Below, piece by piece: positions 29,294 through 38,289 of a stretch of DNA of 64,000 nucleotides. The position numbers were made by a program, and so were the translations under genes. Position 1 is the first letter of the stretch. Every line of letters starts with the position of its first letter. The notes below the pieces were generated by a model that had not been told where the DNA came from, did not search any database, and saw only the letters and a program-made list of their open reading frames with translations. The DNA comes from Candidatus Saccharimonadales bacterium (GTDB lineage Bacteria; Patescibacteriota; Saccharimonadia; UBA4664; SCTI01), in the NCBI GenBank assembly GCA_035479795.1, contig DATIII010000002.1:7-64006 (forward strand), written 5' to 3'.

Positions 29294-30198
29294 GCTGGAT
29301 AGCCACCTTATCGCTGGTTTTACTCAGCCTGCTCCCGTGGCAGCCAGCTGGATTAACCAAAACATTGGAGAGCTGGAGCATCGAGCCTGCTGGAGCCGAG
29401 GTAAATTTGAATCAAGCCCCTCCGCTACCAAAAGTCCAAATCCCGATCCGTCGTAGTAACCCGAATCTAAATCTGCAAGCTGCCAGCGCCTACGCTATTG
29501 ACGTAGAAACAGCTCAGCCACTTTACGAACAGAATGCTAACACCCAGCAACCGATCGCTTCGGTTACGAAACTGATCACGACCCTGGTGATTCTCCAGGA
29601 CCACCCGCTGTCAGATAAAATTACCGTTCCCACACTGCCAGCCTATACTCCGGCCGATGATCTGCTGGGCTTAACTCCAGGCGAGGTATTCAGCGTCAGT
29701 GATCTGCTGCAGGCAGCCTTGGTTCATTCGGCCAATGACGCCGCCGATGCCTTAGCAATTGCCGATAGCGGCTCACGCGAAGCCTTCGCCACCAAGATGA
29801 ACGCCTACGTCGCCAAATGGGGAATTGAAGGAACTCAGTTTTCTAATCCAACCGGGTTAACCGACGCTGGCAACAGCGCCACGGCTATGGCCCTGGGCAA
29901 ACTATCTCTTCTGGCACTGCAGCGGCCTGCCATTCGCCAATTTGGCAACCAAGGCGGGGGCGTGGTAGCTGATGCTGCGGGTCGTAAATTTGCGCTCCGA
30001 CCCACCGACGATTTATTGTCAACCGGCCGGTTTCATGGTATAAAAACAGGGTACACAGCTGCCGCCGGCGGCTGTTTTGTTGGGCTGACCACCATTAACG
30101 GACACGAGATTATTACTGTTGTTCTTGGCAGCCCCGACCGCTTCGGCGAAACCGTACAACTGGCTAATTGGATCCAAGCAAACTACATATGGCTGTAA
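29290..30198 (+). CDS. D-alanyl-D-alanine carboxypeptidase (peptidase S11)
   Basis: ASVTK, SAN, KTGYT. Confidence 0.92.
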   Translation: MSWIATLSLVLLSLLPWQPAGLTKTLESWSIEPAGAEVNLNQAPPLPKVQIPIRRSNPNLNLQAASAYAIDVETAQPLYEQNANTQQPIASVTKLITTLVILQDHPLSDKITVPTLPAYTPADDLLGLTPGEVFSVSDLLQAALVHSANDAADALAIADSGSREAFATKMNAYVAKWGIEGTQFSNPTGLTDAGNSATAMALGKLSLLALQRPAIRQFGNQGGGVVADAAGRKFALRPTDDLLSTGRFHGIKTGYTAAAGGCFVGLTTINGHEIITVVLGSPDRFGETVQLANWIQANYIWL

Positions 30199-31499
30199 CG
30201 CCCCTCATCGCAATCGTCGGCCGACCTAATGTCGGGAAATCAAGTCTGTTCAACAGGTTGGTTGGCGTGCGCCAAGCCATTACTCACGAAACTGCCGGCA
30301 CCACCCGCGATGCCAATTACGGGGCCCTAACCTGGAATAAGAAGCACTTTATCTTAGTCGATACCGCCGGCATCCACCGCGCCGATGGCGAATTAGACCT
30401 GGCCGTTCAAGACCAAGTGAAGGAAGTGGCCAAGCTAGCCGACATTATTGTAGTCGTCGTCGACGCCGGGAACATAATTACGGATGAAGACCGCGAAGCC
30501 GCTACCTTGGCTCTCAAAACCCGCAAACCAGTTATTTTAGTGACTAATAAGATAGATACGGTTCGGGCCGGTAAAGCCGATTCCTTTGAGCGACTGGGGG
30601 TAAAGGAAATAATCGAGACTTCGGCCATCCACGGCAGCGGATCTGGAGATTTACTAGACGCGGTCGCCAGCCAGATAGCCGAAGACACTGCGCCGGCTGA
30701 AAAAGAAGACGTAATCACCCTAGCTTTCCTCGGTCGTCCCAACGTCGGCAAATCCAGCCTATATAACTCACTGGTAGGGAAGCAACAAGCTATCGTTAGC
30801 CAGATCGCTGGCACCACGCGGGATATTGGCTCGACTGACCTGAAATATCATGGTCAAACCATTCGGCTTCTCGATACTGCCGGTTTGCGGCGGCGGGGCA
30901 AGATCGAAGCTGGGGTGGAGAAGTATTCCAGCCTGCGAACCTTGGCCGCCGTGGCGCAAGCCGACATTTGCGTAGTGGTTATTGATGCCACGGAGTTGAG
31001 CGTGGCCGGCGACCAACACATTGCCGGACTGGCTGCCGAGGCTGGCAAGGGAATAATTTTGGTGGTAAACAAATGGGACCTGATTGAGCGGGACGACAAA
31101 ACCCAGGCTCGCTACACCCGCCGGCTAGTTAGCGACTTTGCCTTCATCCACTGGGCCCCTTTGGTTTATACCTCGGCCATTCAGGGACTTAATGTTGCAC
31201 GGCTATTTGAGTTAACTCGTCAGATCGCCGAGACCCGTAGAATCACTATCCCAACCGGCAAACTCAATTCTTTGATTGAGAAAATGGTGGCCAAGCAGCC
31301 GCCGGCCGGCCTAAAAGGTCGGCAGCCCAAGATTAAATACGCCACCCAAACTGGTACCAACCCGCCAACTTTCAGAATTTTTGCCAGTTACCCCTCCTTA
31401 GTCCACTTTTCCTACCAGCGTTACTTAGAAAACGGCCTCCGCGACGCCTATGAGTTTATTGGAACGCCGATTAAACTAGAGTTTAAGGCCAAATCTTAA
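30189..31499 (+). CDS. der: Ribosome biogenesis GTPase Der
   Basis: Two GRPNVGKSS G-domains, DTAG, KH-like C-terminus. Confidence 0.97.
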   Translation: MAVTPLIAIVGRPNVGKSSLFNRLVGVRQAITHETAGTTRDANYGALTWNKKHFILVDTAGIHRADGELDLAVQDQVKEVAKLADIIVVVVDAGNIITDEDREAATLALKTRKPVILVTNKIDTVRAGKADSFERLGVKEIIETSAIHGSGSGDLLDAVASQIAEDTAPAEKEDVITLAFLGRPNVGKSSLYNSLVGKQQAIVSQIAGTTRDIGSTDLKYHGQTIRLLDTAGLRRRGKIEAGVEKYSSLRTLAAVAQADICVVVIDATELSVAGDQHIAGLAAEAGKGIILVVNKWDLIERDDKTQARYTRRLVSDFAFIHWAPLVYTSAIQGLNVARLFELTRQIAETRRITIPTGKLNSLIEKMVAKQPPAGLKGRQPKIKYATQTGTNPPTFRIFASYPSLVHFSYQRYLENGLRDAYEFIGTPIKLEFKAKS

Positions 31500-31530
31500 T
31501 ACTACGAAAGAATTTTTTATGTTAGTAGAG

Positions 31531-31622
31531 TTCAAGGAAGAAACGAGCAGGGCAAACGAGACGTACAAAACGTACGGCGAGTGCGCAGCGCAGCTTGTGA
31601 CGATGAAATGTGCTGACAGAGG
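31531..31622. repeat. REP/MITE-like palindromic intergenic element
   Basis: Central ACGTAC-AAAAC-GTACG hairpin flanked by GCAAACGAG and GAGTGCGCAGCGCAGC. Confidence 0.45.
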
Positions 31623-31631
31623 AAATTCTCT

Positions 31632-32198
31632 ATGAAATTAATTATCGGACTCGGAAACGTCGGCAAACAATACCACGCAACCCGCCATAATCTGGGGTTT
31701 GCGGTTGTCGACGTGTTGGCCATTACTTTTGGCCAACCAGGAGGCTTCAAAAAGCATTCCAGGGCGGCGTCTGATATTTTAGACCTCAAAGCCAGCCACG
31801 GCTGCATTTTGGCCAAACCAACAACCATGATGAACCTTAGTGGCCAGGCGGTAGGGGAATTATTGCGCTTTTATAAGGTCGAACCTAAAGATGTTTGGGT
31901 TATTTACGATGATTTGGATCTGCAGTTCGGCCAAATGCGCGTGCGCGTAGGAGGCGGTAGCGCTGGGCATAATGGGGTAAAGTCCATTATTCAACACATC
32001 AGCGAAGACTTCTGGCGCGTGCGGCTAGGGATTCAGAATCAATACCTGGCCACCACTCCCACCGATAAGTTCGTATTAGATCCCTTCACAGCCGAAGAGG
32101 CCCCTAAAGTCCCTGCCATTGTCGAATCGGCTGCTAATGAAGTCGAATCCGCCTTACTCAAAGGTGAACTGACCGATCACACTCTTAACCTGATTTAG
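31632..32198 (+). CDS. pth: Peptidyl-tRNA hydrolase
   Basis: IIGLGN, TRHNLGF, KPTTMMNLSG, GGGSAGHNGVKS. Confidence 0.96.
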   Translation: MKLIIGLGNVGKQYHATRHNLGFAVVDVLAITFGQPGGFKKHSRAASDILDLKASHGCILAKPTTMMNLSGQAVGELLRFYKVEPKDVWVIYDDLDLQFGQMRVRVGGGSAGHNGVKSIIQHISEDFWRVRLGIQNQYLATTPTDKFVLDPFTAEEAPKVPAIVESAANEVESALLKGELTDHTLNLI

Positions 32199-32268
32199 GC
32201 AAGAAAAAGCCCCACATAATGTGGGGCGGGTGGGCGGCCACCGGTTTGCGACCGCCCCTGAACTGGTA

Positions 32269-32766
32269 CTACGAGCCGGGAGCCTCCTTGACGCTAGCAG
32301 GAACATCCTGAGGACTCTGGAAGGCCGGACCGTGAGTCGCCGCCCACCAGGTGCATCCACGAGGCCAGGGCTTGGGCCGCTTGCCCTCACGAACCTGGGT
32401 AACCAGGCGAGAGCACTTCTTGGCCGAAAGCCGGGTGATGGTTTCGCTGCCGCTGACGGCCGCGATCCGGCAATGCCTTGGCAGGCTACCCACGTCAAAC
32501 CCCGTTGCGGAGCTACCCAGAGGCTTTGCCTTCTTGCATGAGTCAAGGAAGGGGATGTCCCTCCTGAACTCAGCCACCTTGCTGCGCTGAACGCAGTAGA
32601 TCGTGTCATCGACCTGGATCGAGACACAGCCAGAGGCCGTTGTGGGTGCCTGTGCCGGCTGAGCTGCCGTCTGCCGATCAGAAGAACCACAGGCGGAGAC
32701 GAGGAGAGCGAGGACCAACCCCGCCATAATCGTCGTGAAACGAATGATGCGGGCGAAGTGGCCCAT
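32269..32766 (-). CDS. Cys-rich lipoprotein (orphan islet)
   Basis: Lipobox LVSAC; six further Cys; own promoter and terminator. Confidence 0.7.
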   Translation of the reverse strand: MGHFARIIRFTTIMAGLVLALLVSACGSSDRQTAAQPAQAPTTASGCVSIQVDDTIYCVQRSKVAEFRRDIPFLDSCKKAKPLGSSATGFDVGSLPRHCRIAAVSGSETITRLSAKKCSRLVTQVREGKRPKPWPRGCTWWAATHGPAFQSPQDVPASVKEAPGS

Positions 32767-32883
32767 GATTACCGTCCAAGGGTGAGTAGTGTTTTCAAAT
32801 TCCTGGACCAGGATGCGATTTGCTCGCTTCCTGGTTGAGAACCTGACCCTACAAAGTGCGTCTCACCTCTGAGATTGTTAACT

Positions 32884-32912
32884 ATAATAGCATAGTGGTT
32901 ACGTTTTGTCAA
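32884..32912 (-). promoter_or_regulatory. Strong sigma70 promoter
   Basis: TTGACA-17-TATTAT with extended TG. Confidence 0.8.
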
Positions 32913-32979
32913 GAAGATCCAATTTTCTAGACATGGAAAAGCCGGCCGCGAACGACCGGCTAAACCAGAACTTCAACTT

Positions 32980-33528
32980 CTACTTCTTGAGATGGCAACC
33001 TTTGGGCCGTACCACCTTGCCGACGTATGGCTTGTTCTTAGGAGTTGGGCGCATGTACTCGCGCCACTCCGAACACGTCAACTTCACGATGCGAACCGGG
33101 CCTTTCTTCATCGGATACGGGTTCGCCTTCTGCCGTAGCTCCGGGCAGTCCTCGTAGAGGTGGGGCGGGTCCGCCTCGGGGTTCTTCGGCACTGGAGATT
33201 CTTGCTCCTGCTCGTAGGCCTTGCAGTCGACCTTGGGCCGCTGCTTCGGGATCTTGCAGTAGTCGAACGGCTCACCATCGGGGCTGGTCTGACCATTGGG
33301 GTCTTCGGCCCCCAAGGGGCTGTTCGACTCGTAGCCGGGCTGCCTGCTGTAATACTGTTGATCCTTAACCCACCACTTGGGCGGATCGCACTTCTGGACG
33401 AAGGCCTGCGGCTCCGAGTAGTCGGGAAAATCCCGGTCGTACTGGATCTGCTGGCCAATGACCATGCCGACCAGGAGAGCAACAAGACCGCAAACGACAG
33501 CAGCCCAAACGACGTCGGACTTCTTCAT
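32980..33528 (-). CDS. Membrane-anchored Cys/Pro-rich extracellular hypothetical protein (orphan islet)
   Basis: N-terminal TM; SD GGGAGGG; GC-rich codons; terminator 32937-32962. Confidence 0.7.
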   Translation of the reverse strand: MKKSDVVWAAVVCGLVALLVGMVIGQQIQYDRDFPDYSEPQAFVQKCDPPKWWVKDQQYYSRQPGYESNSPLGAEDPNGQTSPDGEPFDYCKIPKQRPKVDCKAYEQEQESPVPKNPEADPPHLYEDCPELRQKANPYPMKKGPVRIVKLTCSEWREYMRPTPKNKPYVGKVVRPKGCHLKK

Positions 33529-33591
33529 GACACCCTCCCGGGTAGTAGACAGATTGTGTATGTTCTGGACCGGTAAAAACCGATAAGTACT

Positions 33592-33620
33592 ATAATAGCA
33601 TTATTCTTATGTTTTGTCAA
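33592..33620 (-). promoter_or_regulatory. Strong sigma70 promoter
   Basis: TTGACA-17-TATTAT with extended TG. Confidence 0.8.
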
Positions 33621-33651
33621 TATATATGCAGGATAGGACTAGACTTAAATA

Positions 33652-33714
33652 TCCTTCGACGTAGTTTGCCCTGAGCGAAGCCGAAGGGCTGAAGCCGAAG
33701 GGCTCAGGATGACA
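33652..33714. repeat. REP-like element (CCTTCGAC...GCTCAGGATGAC type) with nested internal duplication
   Basis: GCCCTGAGCGAAGCCGAAGGGC core; GAAGCCGAAGGGCT tandem x2. Confidence 0.65.
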
Positions 33715-33736
33715 AATCCGACAAGTAGTCTAGATA

Positions 33737-33966
33737 TAAATAAAACCCCATGCAAGGGACAGGGTGGCCTGCCACGGGCATCGGGTTTTATTGCACCCTC
33801 CAATACCTGCCCAGGGGCATTTTCGCGATCTGGCAAATGTGAGGAGATCGGGTATTCGAGGGACTGAACTACCTGCTGGCGAATCTAAAGGAGGGTGCAT
33901 TCAGACTCCCCTAGCAGGCAGGTCAGTAGGGTTTACTGGTTGAAAGTACCACCTCAAAAAGGTATG
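33737..33966 (-). ncRNA. Candidate structured non-coding RNA (~230 nt)
   Basis: Own consensus promoter and terminator, long hairpin, multi-branch stem and 10-nt loop complement. Confidence 0.55.
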
Positions 33967-33972
33967 ATTGGG

Positions 33973-34001
33973 ATAGTAACATTAAATGTTATAAATGTCA
34001 A
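33973..34001 (-). promoter_or_regulatory. Strong sigma70 promoter driving the candidate ncRNA
   Basis: TTGACA-17-TACTAT with extended TG. Confidence 0.75.
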
Positions 34002-34022
34002 TCGAATTTATGTAAACTGACT

Positions 34023-34874
34023 GTGCAACCCTCTAAAATTACTTATGCTAATTCCCAATATCCAGATGCGCTTCGTGAGATAGCGGCGGCCCCGAAGCAG
34101 CTTTACGTACTGGGTGACTTGAAGGCCGGGCCGTTGGTCGCGGTTGTCGGGTCACGCCGCCCTACAGATTATGGCAAACAGGTGACCCATCAGTTGGCAA
34201 CCGACTTGGCCCGAGCCGGGGTGGGGATTGTATCTGGGCTGGCCCTGGGTATTGATACGATAGCTCATCAAGCGGCTGTGGAGGCCGGGGGTTATACCAT
34301 TGCCGTCCAAGGTAATGGGCTTGATAAGGTCTACCCTCATAGTAATCGCGGATTAGGCATTAAGATTCTTGAATCAGGCGGAGCCATTATTAGCGAATAC
34401 GACCCGGGTATGCCGGCTTTAAAACAGAACTTTCCAGCCCGCAACCGCATTATTTCGGGCTTAAGTTTGGCGGTGATTGTGACCGAAGCGGATGCCTCCA
34501 GCGGCTCGCTGATTACTGCCAATTTTGCGGTTCAGCAGAACCGGCAGGTTTTAGCAGTACCGGGCAACATTACCAGCCAGCGCTCGGCCGGACCAAATAA
34601 CCTGCTTAAACTCGGCGCCATACCAGTCACCAGCGCCAGCGATGTGCTGGCCGCGCTCGACCTGGAATCCCGGGCCTTAAAGGCTCGGCCAGCCATTGCA
34701 CAGAGTGCTGAGGAGGCCAAGTTACTCGAACTTATGGATACTGGCACCACCCAAAGCCAGCAACTGATTGAAGGCGCTGATATGACGGCAAGTCAGTTTG
34801 CCTACGTGATTAGCTTGATGGAGATCACCGGCAAGGTGCGCAACCTAGGCGCCGGTATTTGGGTGCGCCGCTAG
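34023..34874 (+). CDS. dprA: DNA-processing protein DprA
   Basis: VAVVGSRR, VSGLALGID, FPARNRIISGLS, SGSLITA, VPGNI. Confidence 0.95.
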   Translation: MQPSKITYANSQYPDALREIAAAPKQLYVLGDLKAGPLVAVVGSRRPTDYGKQVTHQLATDLARAGVGIVSGLALGIDTIAHQAAVEAGGYTIAVQGNGLDKVYPHSNRGLGIKILESGGAIISEYDPGMPALKQNFPARNRIISGLSLAVIVTEADASSGSLITANFAVQQNRQVLAVPGNITSQRSAGPNNLLKLGAIPVTSASDVLAALDLESRALKARPAIAQSAEEAKLLELMDTGTTQSQQLIEGADMTASQFAYVISLMEITGKVRNLGAGIWVRR

Positions 34875-35882
34875 CTTCAGCCGCTCTTGGCTTATCGTAA
34901 TATCCAGACCAATATATAGCAGCAATTGGAAAACAAACACGGGAATATCGCGAAACTCGTGTAGATAAAAGCCCACGAATTGGACTACAAATAGGTTTAC
35001 CAGTACAGCCGATTTGAACATTTCCAAGGCGCTTAGCCGCATCACCGGGTTGCTCAGATTACGAGCTGCCCGAATCATGAGTAGCAAAGAGATCAACAAG
35101 GCTGTTAATTGGGCGTAACTAGCATAGGCCAAGTCAGCAGATAGCGGCTTTTCCCAACCCAAGCCGGGTGGCACTAAAGACCACGCGCTTAAGATCGCAA
35201 ACAGTGTGGCTTGGGCAATAAGAAAGAAGGAGATAGATCTGTTTACCGCTGGCTTGGCGGCTAGCTTGGTGTAGAAACGCAGCAGGCCGGCCTTGAACCG
35301 ACGCCAAGACAATTGGCGCCGGATTGGCAGAGGCTTTATATCGTCAATAATGCTCAGTAGCGCCTTGGCGGTGGGGTTATTGCCGGCCTTGAATAATAAG
35401 AACTCGGTGCGTTTTTTCTCGGCCTCATCCAAATCATTCAATACCACTTCTTCCATCTGATGCAAGGCATTTAGGAGGTACTCAGTAGACGAAAGCTCCT
35501 GGTTGCGTGCAATGCGGCGGAATAGGAAGAACAGGGCTAAAAATAAGGCATATAAAATAGCAGCTGTTGGCCGAAAAAAGTAATTGTTGTCGCGGGTTAT
35601 AAACTTGCCCAGCTCATCTATAAAGATGCCGAAACCAATCCCACCAAGGATAGCCGAAAGCCGCCGGGTGCGTTCGGTTAGGTAAATCAGCGTGAGCACA
35701 ATTGCGGCTGCCATAAGCAGTCCGCCATAAAGCATATGGGCAATATGCAGACGCCCACCTATCTGGGGATAGCCGGTTACGAAGAGGTAGAACCGCATTA
35801 ATAGTAGGCTAGCAATGGCCGTAACCATGAAGGTTTCTAGCAGTTCGCCAGCGTGAATATTGCGTTGTAACATGCGACTCAT
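34845..35882 (-). CDS. Integral membrane protein of unknown function
   Basis: TGYPQIGG.LHIAHMLYGG, GIGFGIFIDELGKFIT.DNNYF motifs; multiple TMs. Confidence 0.8.
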   Translation of the reverse strand: MSRMLQRNIHAGELLETFMVTAIASLLLMRFYLFVTGYPQIGGRLHIAHMLYGGLLMAAAIVLTLIYLTERTRRLSAILGGIGFGIFIDELGKFITRDNNYFFRPTAAILYALFLALFFLFRRIARNQELSSTEYLLNALHQMEEVVLNDLDEAEKKRTEFLLFKAGNNPTAKALLSIIDDIKPLPIRRQLSWRRFKAGLLRFYTKLAAKPAVNRSISFFLIAQATLFAILSAWSLVPPGLGWEKPLSADLAYASYAQLTALLISLLLMIRAARNLSNPVMRLSALEMFKSAVLVNLFVVQFVGFYLHEFRDIPVFVFQLLLYIGLDITISQERLKLAAHPNTGA

Positions 35883-36020
35883 GCTTATATCCTAGCTGTC
35901 ATCTCGAGCCCAGTCGAGAGATCTATTTGAAAGATGTCTCGAATACCTCGACATGACAATAAAAAAGCCCCGGAGGGACCCCGCACCTGGTGAGAGGTGC
36001 GGGGTATCGCGGGGGTGTGG

Positions 36021-36533
36021 CTAGAGGACCTCACCTTCGAGGTATTTCCAGCCGGGGCGCCGCTCCTTGCAGGCCTGAATCGGCCGTAAGGCTGCGTCGG
36101 TGCGGAGGTGGATGACATGGTCGACCACCCTGCAGAAGACCCACCAGTCGGACTCCTCCTTGAGTCCCGATGCACCACCGGTGTAGTCCCGGTAGGTGCC
36201 AGCGCCAGCCCAGGGGAAGTCCCCAGGCTCGACCAGATCGGGTCGGAGCGCCGCCTCGGAGGATGGGAGGCCGGTGCGAAGAACGAACCTGAGCTTGTGG
36301 TCGACGTTGTCGGTCAGACCCTCCTCCGCGCTGATTCGGGTCTCGTCGCCAACGCTCACGAAGTAGAGGCCGGTGGAGCAGGGATCCGAAGGATCCGGCA
36401 CCCTTGCCGGGTCCAAGATCACCACAGAGACTTCCACATCGTCGCCGTACTTCTGTTGAAGGTTCGGGACCATCACTTGATGGAACCAAGTATCCAGCTG
36501 CCGCTGGATGAGGAGGCCGAATCGCTCGGACAC
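36021..36533 (-). CDS. GlcG/HbpS-like (heme-binding fold) protein (orphan islet)
   Basis: VSVVILD...HK...RTG.PS...AGA...GGASG....D pattern; SD GAAAGGA; terminator 35960-36015. Confidence 0.5.
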   Translation of the reverse strand: MSERFGLLIQRQLDTWFHQVMVPNLQQKYGDDVEVSVVILDPARVPDPSDPCSTGLYFVSVGDETRISAEEGLTDNVDHKLRFVLRTGLPSSEAALRPDLVEPGDFPWAGAGTYRDYTGGASGLKEESDWWVFCRVVDHVIHLRTDAALRPIQACKERRPGWKYLEGEVL

Positions 36534-36580
36534 GGGTTTCCTTTCGTAGTAGGGGCTACCTCAAAAAAGGCATGAGTACT

Positions 36581-36609
36581 AGAATAGCATAAGAAGCTTA
36601 TTTTGTCAA
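36581..36609 (-). promoter_or_regulatory. Strong sigma70 promoter
   Basis: TTGACA-17-TATTCT with extended TG. Confidence 0.75.
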
Positions 36610-36642
36610 GATTCTAACAGATGGGATATAATGCTGTTTAAG

Positions 36643-37653
36643 ATGAAAAACTTCTGGAAAGACCTACCAAAGCCGTTCTTTTGCCTCGCCCCCCTTGATG
36701 ACGTCTCCGACACCGTCTTTCGCGAGGTGGTTATCCGCGCCTGCCTGTCCGGTAGGCAGGCTGGCGCGCCGAACGCCGTGTTTACCGAGTTTGCGAATAC
36801 CGATGGCTACTTACACCCAAAGGGTCGTATTAGCGTTCAGCGAAAGCTAGATGTGAATGACAGTGAACGAGAGCTGGGTGTGCCGTTAATTGCCCAGATA
36901 TGGGGCGCTAATCCAGATCATTACTACCAAACTGCCAAAGAGCTGGCGTCTACCGGAATGTATGCCGGAATTGATATAAATATGGGCTGTCCAGAAAAGG
37001 GCATTGTTAAGCGTGGCTGCTGCGGGGGGCTGATTAAAGAAGAGAATTGGGATAACGCCGCCGCCATTATCCAGGCTGTCAAAAAGGGCGGCGACGATCT
37101 GCCGGTCAGTGTTAAAACCCGGATTGGGGTTAATAAGATTATTACTGAGGATTGGATCAGTCATATCCTCAAGCAAGATATTGCCCTCTTAACCGTGCAC
37201 GGTCGCACAGTGAAGGAAATGAGCAAAGTACCGGCCCACTGGGAAGAGATCGGCAAAGCCGTGAAGCTACGGGACCAGATTGCACCGCACACGCTAATTG
37301 TTGGCAATGGCGACGTGGAGTCGCGTGAGCAAGGGGAGGAACTGGCTGCCAAATACGGCTTGGATGGCATTATGATCGGCCGCGGCGTGTTTCATAACCT
37401 GTTTGTCTTTAATAAGGAGCAAACCGATCACACACCTGAGGAGATGCTAAAAATCCTCCTTAACCATGTTGATCTGTATGGGCGCACCTGGGGGAGCGAT
37501 AAGAGCTACCAGCCGCTCAAGAAGTTCTTCAAAATCTACGTTTCCGGTTTTCCGAATGCGGCGGAACTGCGCGCCCAGCTGATGGGGACTAAGACTCCAG
37601 ACGAAGCCCGCGAGATCGTTAATTCTTATCTGAAACAACCTATAACTGCATAA
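36643..37653 (+). CDS. dus: tRNA-dihydrouridine synthase
   Basis: LAPLDD, FTEF, IDINMGCP, SVKTRIG, TVHGRT, GNGDV, MIGRG. Confidence 0.94.
   Translation: MKNFWKDLPKPFFCLAPLDDVSDTVFREVVIRACLSGRQAGAPNAVFTEFANTDGYLHPKGRISVQRKLDVNDSERELGVPLIAQIWGANPDHYYQTAKELASTGMYAGIDINMGCPEKGIVKRGCCGGLIKEENWDNAAAIIQAVKKGGDDLPVSVKTRIGVNKIITEDWISHILKQDIALLTVHGRTVKEMSKVPAHWEEIGKAVKLRDQIAPHTLIVGNGDVESREQGEELAAKYGLDGIMIGRGVFHNLFVFNKEQTDHTPEEMLKILLNHVDLYGRTWGSDKSYQPLKKFFKIYVSGFPNAAELRAQLMGTKTPDEAREIVNSYLKQPITA
36739..36761. repeat. Palindromic CCTGCCT..AGGCAGG element inserted in frame in dus
   Basis: GCCTGCCTGTCCGGTAGGCAGGC encoding ACLSGRQA. Confidence 0.75.
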
Positions 37654-37654
37654 C

Positions 37655-37682
37655 AAAACGCTCCCGGTAAAGGGAGCGTTTT
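37655..37682. terminator. Bidirectional terminator
   Basis: AAAACGCTCCC-GGTAAA-GGGAGCGTTTT. Confidence 0.85.
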
Positions 37683-37686
37683 GCGT

Positions 37687-38232
37687 TTACAACAGGCCTA
37701 ATTTACGGGCACAGGCAGGCCACGGGCGCCAGCCGCGAACGGCTTGGTCGGCGTGGGCCTTAGTATCCTGGACCTCGGCCGGGGCTAAGTCCGGACGGGC
37801 ATAGCCACCGTAGTTGTTCCAGGTACCCAGACTGTACTGGTAGGCGCCGAAGTAACCGTTACCCGAGTTACGGGTGTAGGTACTACCGGACTCACACAGA
37901 CGAATCTGGTAAAAGGCATCATCGCCAGCCGGGGCAACTACCTTAGTGGTAGCAACCTTAACAGCGGCGCGGCGGGCGGCCAATTTGGCAGCCTTAGTAG
38001 CCTCTTGCTTGGCCTTCAGCGGGGCAATCACGTCGGTATCGAAGTTAGGCTTCGGAGCGACGACAACTGTCACCGGTTGGACCTGTAGGGTATCGAGTTT
38101 GATCTCGTAAGGTGCGGGGGTCTCAACACTGGCCTGAGCCGTTGCTGAGGCGGTTATCAGACCGGTAAACGGGCTGATGACCTGGGCCGTTAGTGACAGA
38201 TGTGCCACCAACGTATGTAGATAGTTACGCAT
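37687..38232 (-). CDS. Rpf-like transglycosylase family protein
   Basis: IRLCESG.TY..NSGNGYFGAYQY..GTW...RPDLAP..VQD...RGW.PWPACARKLGL; likely start 38232. Confidence 0.88.
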   Translation of the reverse strand: MRNYLHTLVAHLSLTAQVISPFTGLITASATAQASVETPAPYEIKLDTLQVQPVTVVVAPKPNFDTDVIAPLKAKQEATKAAKLAARRAAVKVATTKVVAPAGDDAFYQIRLCESGSTYTRNSGNGYFGAYQYSLGTWNNYGGYARPDLAPAEVQDTKAHADQAVRGWRPWPACARKLGLL

Positions 38233-38289
38233 AGCGCAGTTCGTAAAACGAGCTGTGATACGTCCTTTCTGGTTAGTGGTGCTGCCCAA

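Noticed and set aside
31545-31600. c-di-GMP-I riboswitch (CAGGGCAAAC start)
   Set aside because: Lacks the GAAA-tetraloop P2 and GACGCAAAGC/P3 elements; better explained as a REP-like palindrome
716-33576. Long antisense or overlapping ORFs (716..1348, 6157..6828, 11605..12171, 20884..21795, 33160..33576)
   Set aside because: Shadow frames of better-supported genes on the opposite strand
33730-33900. 56-aa protein MHPPLDSP... as the product of the structured locus
   Set aside because: SD and start lie in a stable hairpin, the ORF runs through the terminator and has no protein-like features; not fully excluded
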